In this document: positions 62,732 to 64,000 of the stretch, piece after piece
Layout: each line of letters opens with the position of its first letter
Numbering within the stretch: position 1 is the stretch's first letter
NCBI RefSeq assembly: GCF_963921235.1
Contig: NC_086118.1
Span: forward strand, 19,098,001 to 19,162,000
From: Mobula hypostoma
Lineage: Eukaryota
DNA: 64,000 nucleotides
Direction: 5' to 3'
Notes under the pieces: generated by a model
Databases searched by the model: none
Told to the model about the DNA's origin: nothing
Seen by the model: only the letters and a program-made list of their open reading frames with translations
Translations under genes and position numbers: made by a program

Positions 62732-63245
62732 TTATTGTTTCTGCTGCTGCCTCTCAGATAGCAGTTTGTGGACATCGAACACTATCTGTGGCCTGTGTTC
62801 CTCTGGCAGCCTCTGCAGCATGTCAGCAACTGCTTGCCCGAACCTAGAGCACTCATCACCTTCTTTCAGCAGTCTATGTTGCAGTTCCACCCTACGTTCA
62901 TCCAACTGGGTGATCTGCTTCTGAAACCAGTCATCACATGTTCTGTCCTCTTCTTCTGTGCCATCCTTGGGCTGGGGGACAGAGGAGCTAGGTGGGGGGA
63001 CAGAGGAGCTGGGTATGGGGTCATAGGAGCTGGGTGGGGGGGGCAGAGGAGCTGGGTATGGGGTCATAGGGGCTGGGTGGGGGGTGCAGAGGAGCTGGGT
63101 GGGGGGGCAGAGTAGCTGGGTGGGGGGACAGAGGAGCTGGCTCATTACTGTATGATGATTCTGCACGTGAAGATGGAATGTCTGGTGGTTGGTTTTCCTC
63201 AGCAACTGAAGAGGTGGACAACCCTGAGGTCGAATCATTTCCATC
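62732..63245 (-). pseudogene. Last exon of the Harbinger second (Myb/SANT/MADF-type) gene
   Basis: cag acceptor at 63246-63248; S/P-rich linker then DECSRFGQAVADMLQRLPEEHRPQIVFDVHKLL (BESS-like tail); donor gtaagt near 63979 implies further exons off-window; the DNA-binding domain itself is not seen. Confidence 0.7.
62974..63140 (+). repeat. G-rich ~21-bp minisatellite (~8 units)
   Basis: ggggggacagaggagctgggt / atggggtcataggagctgggt variants. Confidence 0.9.
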
Positions 63246-63485
63246 CTGTGGTTATGAAAGGAATTGCAAATAGTTTAAGTTATTCTTTGTAAATATACAT
63301 ACAGGTAATATATGCATTCAGTGTCTGTACATAGATTGGCAGAGCTATAAAAACGAGAAATCAGCATATGGCTACATTGGCAGAATACTGGTTATTGCGT
63401 TTGCATAATGAGCAGGCCAGATACAATTAAAACCTATTGCATACAGTATTACATTTTTCTTTCACGGAAGCATTATCTTTGCGCA

Positions 63486-63904
63486 CTTCTCCATGGATGT
63501 CACCTTGTCGCAGTGGAGAAGCTTGTGTGGTCCTGTGATCCTGAGAGCAATGCCGTCTGGAGCTATGCTCCTAGGGTCACCCATGGCGGTAAGGTCAAGG
63601 GTGAGGTCCTTGACAAAGAACAATCCAACCAAGACCTCAACGGTGGAACAGGCGGACGAAGTTACTTCAAACTCAACGGCTGTGAAGGCGGATGAAGGCT
63701 GCAACAAATCCATCTGCTCCAATCGTCGTGGTTTCCACGCCATTGGAATCAGTTGGTTGATTTGTGAAGTATTGTGTGCTTCTTGGAGTGCAACATAAAG
63801 TACATGTTAAACAAATACACGTACAGTCATCTTCACTCTGTGGGCCACTTCTTCAGAACGAAGACCATCATCCTTGACCTCGGGGGATAGCTACGATGAC
63901 GACG
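63486..63904 (+). mobile_element. RTE-derived short retroposon inserted in the Harbinger intron
   Basis: 11-bp TSD atctttgcgca (63475-63485, 63905-63915); gtcaccttgtcg..tagggtcacccatgg 5' motif like Rex3/Expander 5'UTRs; (gac/gat)n tail. Confidence 0.75.
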
Positions 63905-64000
63905 ATCTTTGCGCAAATCAATATGCCGTGTTTACAACTAGACAGCATTGCTAGCTTGCTAGCTAGCCTAAACACTTACAACATAAAGGTTTATGATACA

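Larger units (their letters stand above)
60889..64000 (+). mobile_element. PIF/Harbinger DNA transposon (two convergent genes), right end outside the window
   Basis: TAA|aggctgatttatacttctgcg left terminus; DDE transposase on +; partner gene on -. Confidence 0.88.

Noticed and set aside
62974..63140. CRISPR-like array
   Set aside because: Units are head-to-tail without unique spacers; this is a eukaryotic minisatellite.

Overview
Eukaryotic, repeat-saturated vertebrate DNA, probably intronic or intergenic. The repeat set (HE1/V-SINE, CR1 with esterase ORF1, dense Penelope-derived repeats, Rex/Babar LINEs) points to a cartilaginous fish, probably a ray (inference). No intact host gene is visible; the only candidate is a weak 44-nt minus-strand micro-exon. 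Nearly all ORFs in the track are transposon fragments or their shadow frames. Highlights: (1) a Gypsy LTR retrotransposon (53812-56961, minus) with both LTRs, a Leu PBS, a PPT and a TSD, whose RT/RNaseH/integrase core is replaced by an intron-free fragment resembling the host SH3KBP1/CIN85 C-terminus, in frame with the integrase tail; (2) many Penelope-derived inverted-repeat insertions carrying minimal type-I hammerhead ribozyme motifs, including a hairpin with an intact core on each strand (58488-58560); (3) a Tigger-like MITE carrying a 28S 5' end plus probable ITS2; (4) a four-TIR foldback mariner MITE; (5) three ~99% identical young CR1 copies; (6) a decayed two-gene PIF/Harbinger transposon running off the right edge; (7) several multi-level nested insertions with recoverable TSDs. 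Family assignments come from recognising motifs by eye, not from database searches. Boundaries of old repeats are approximate.
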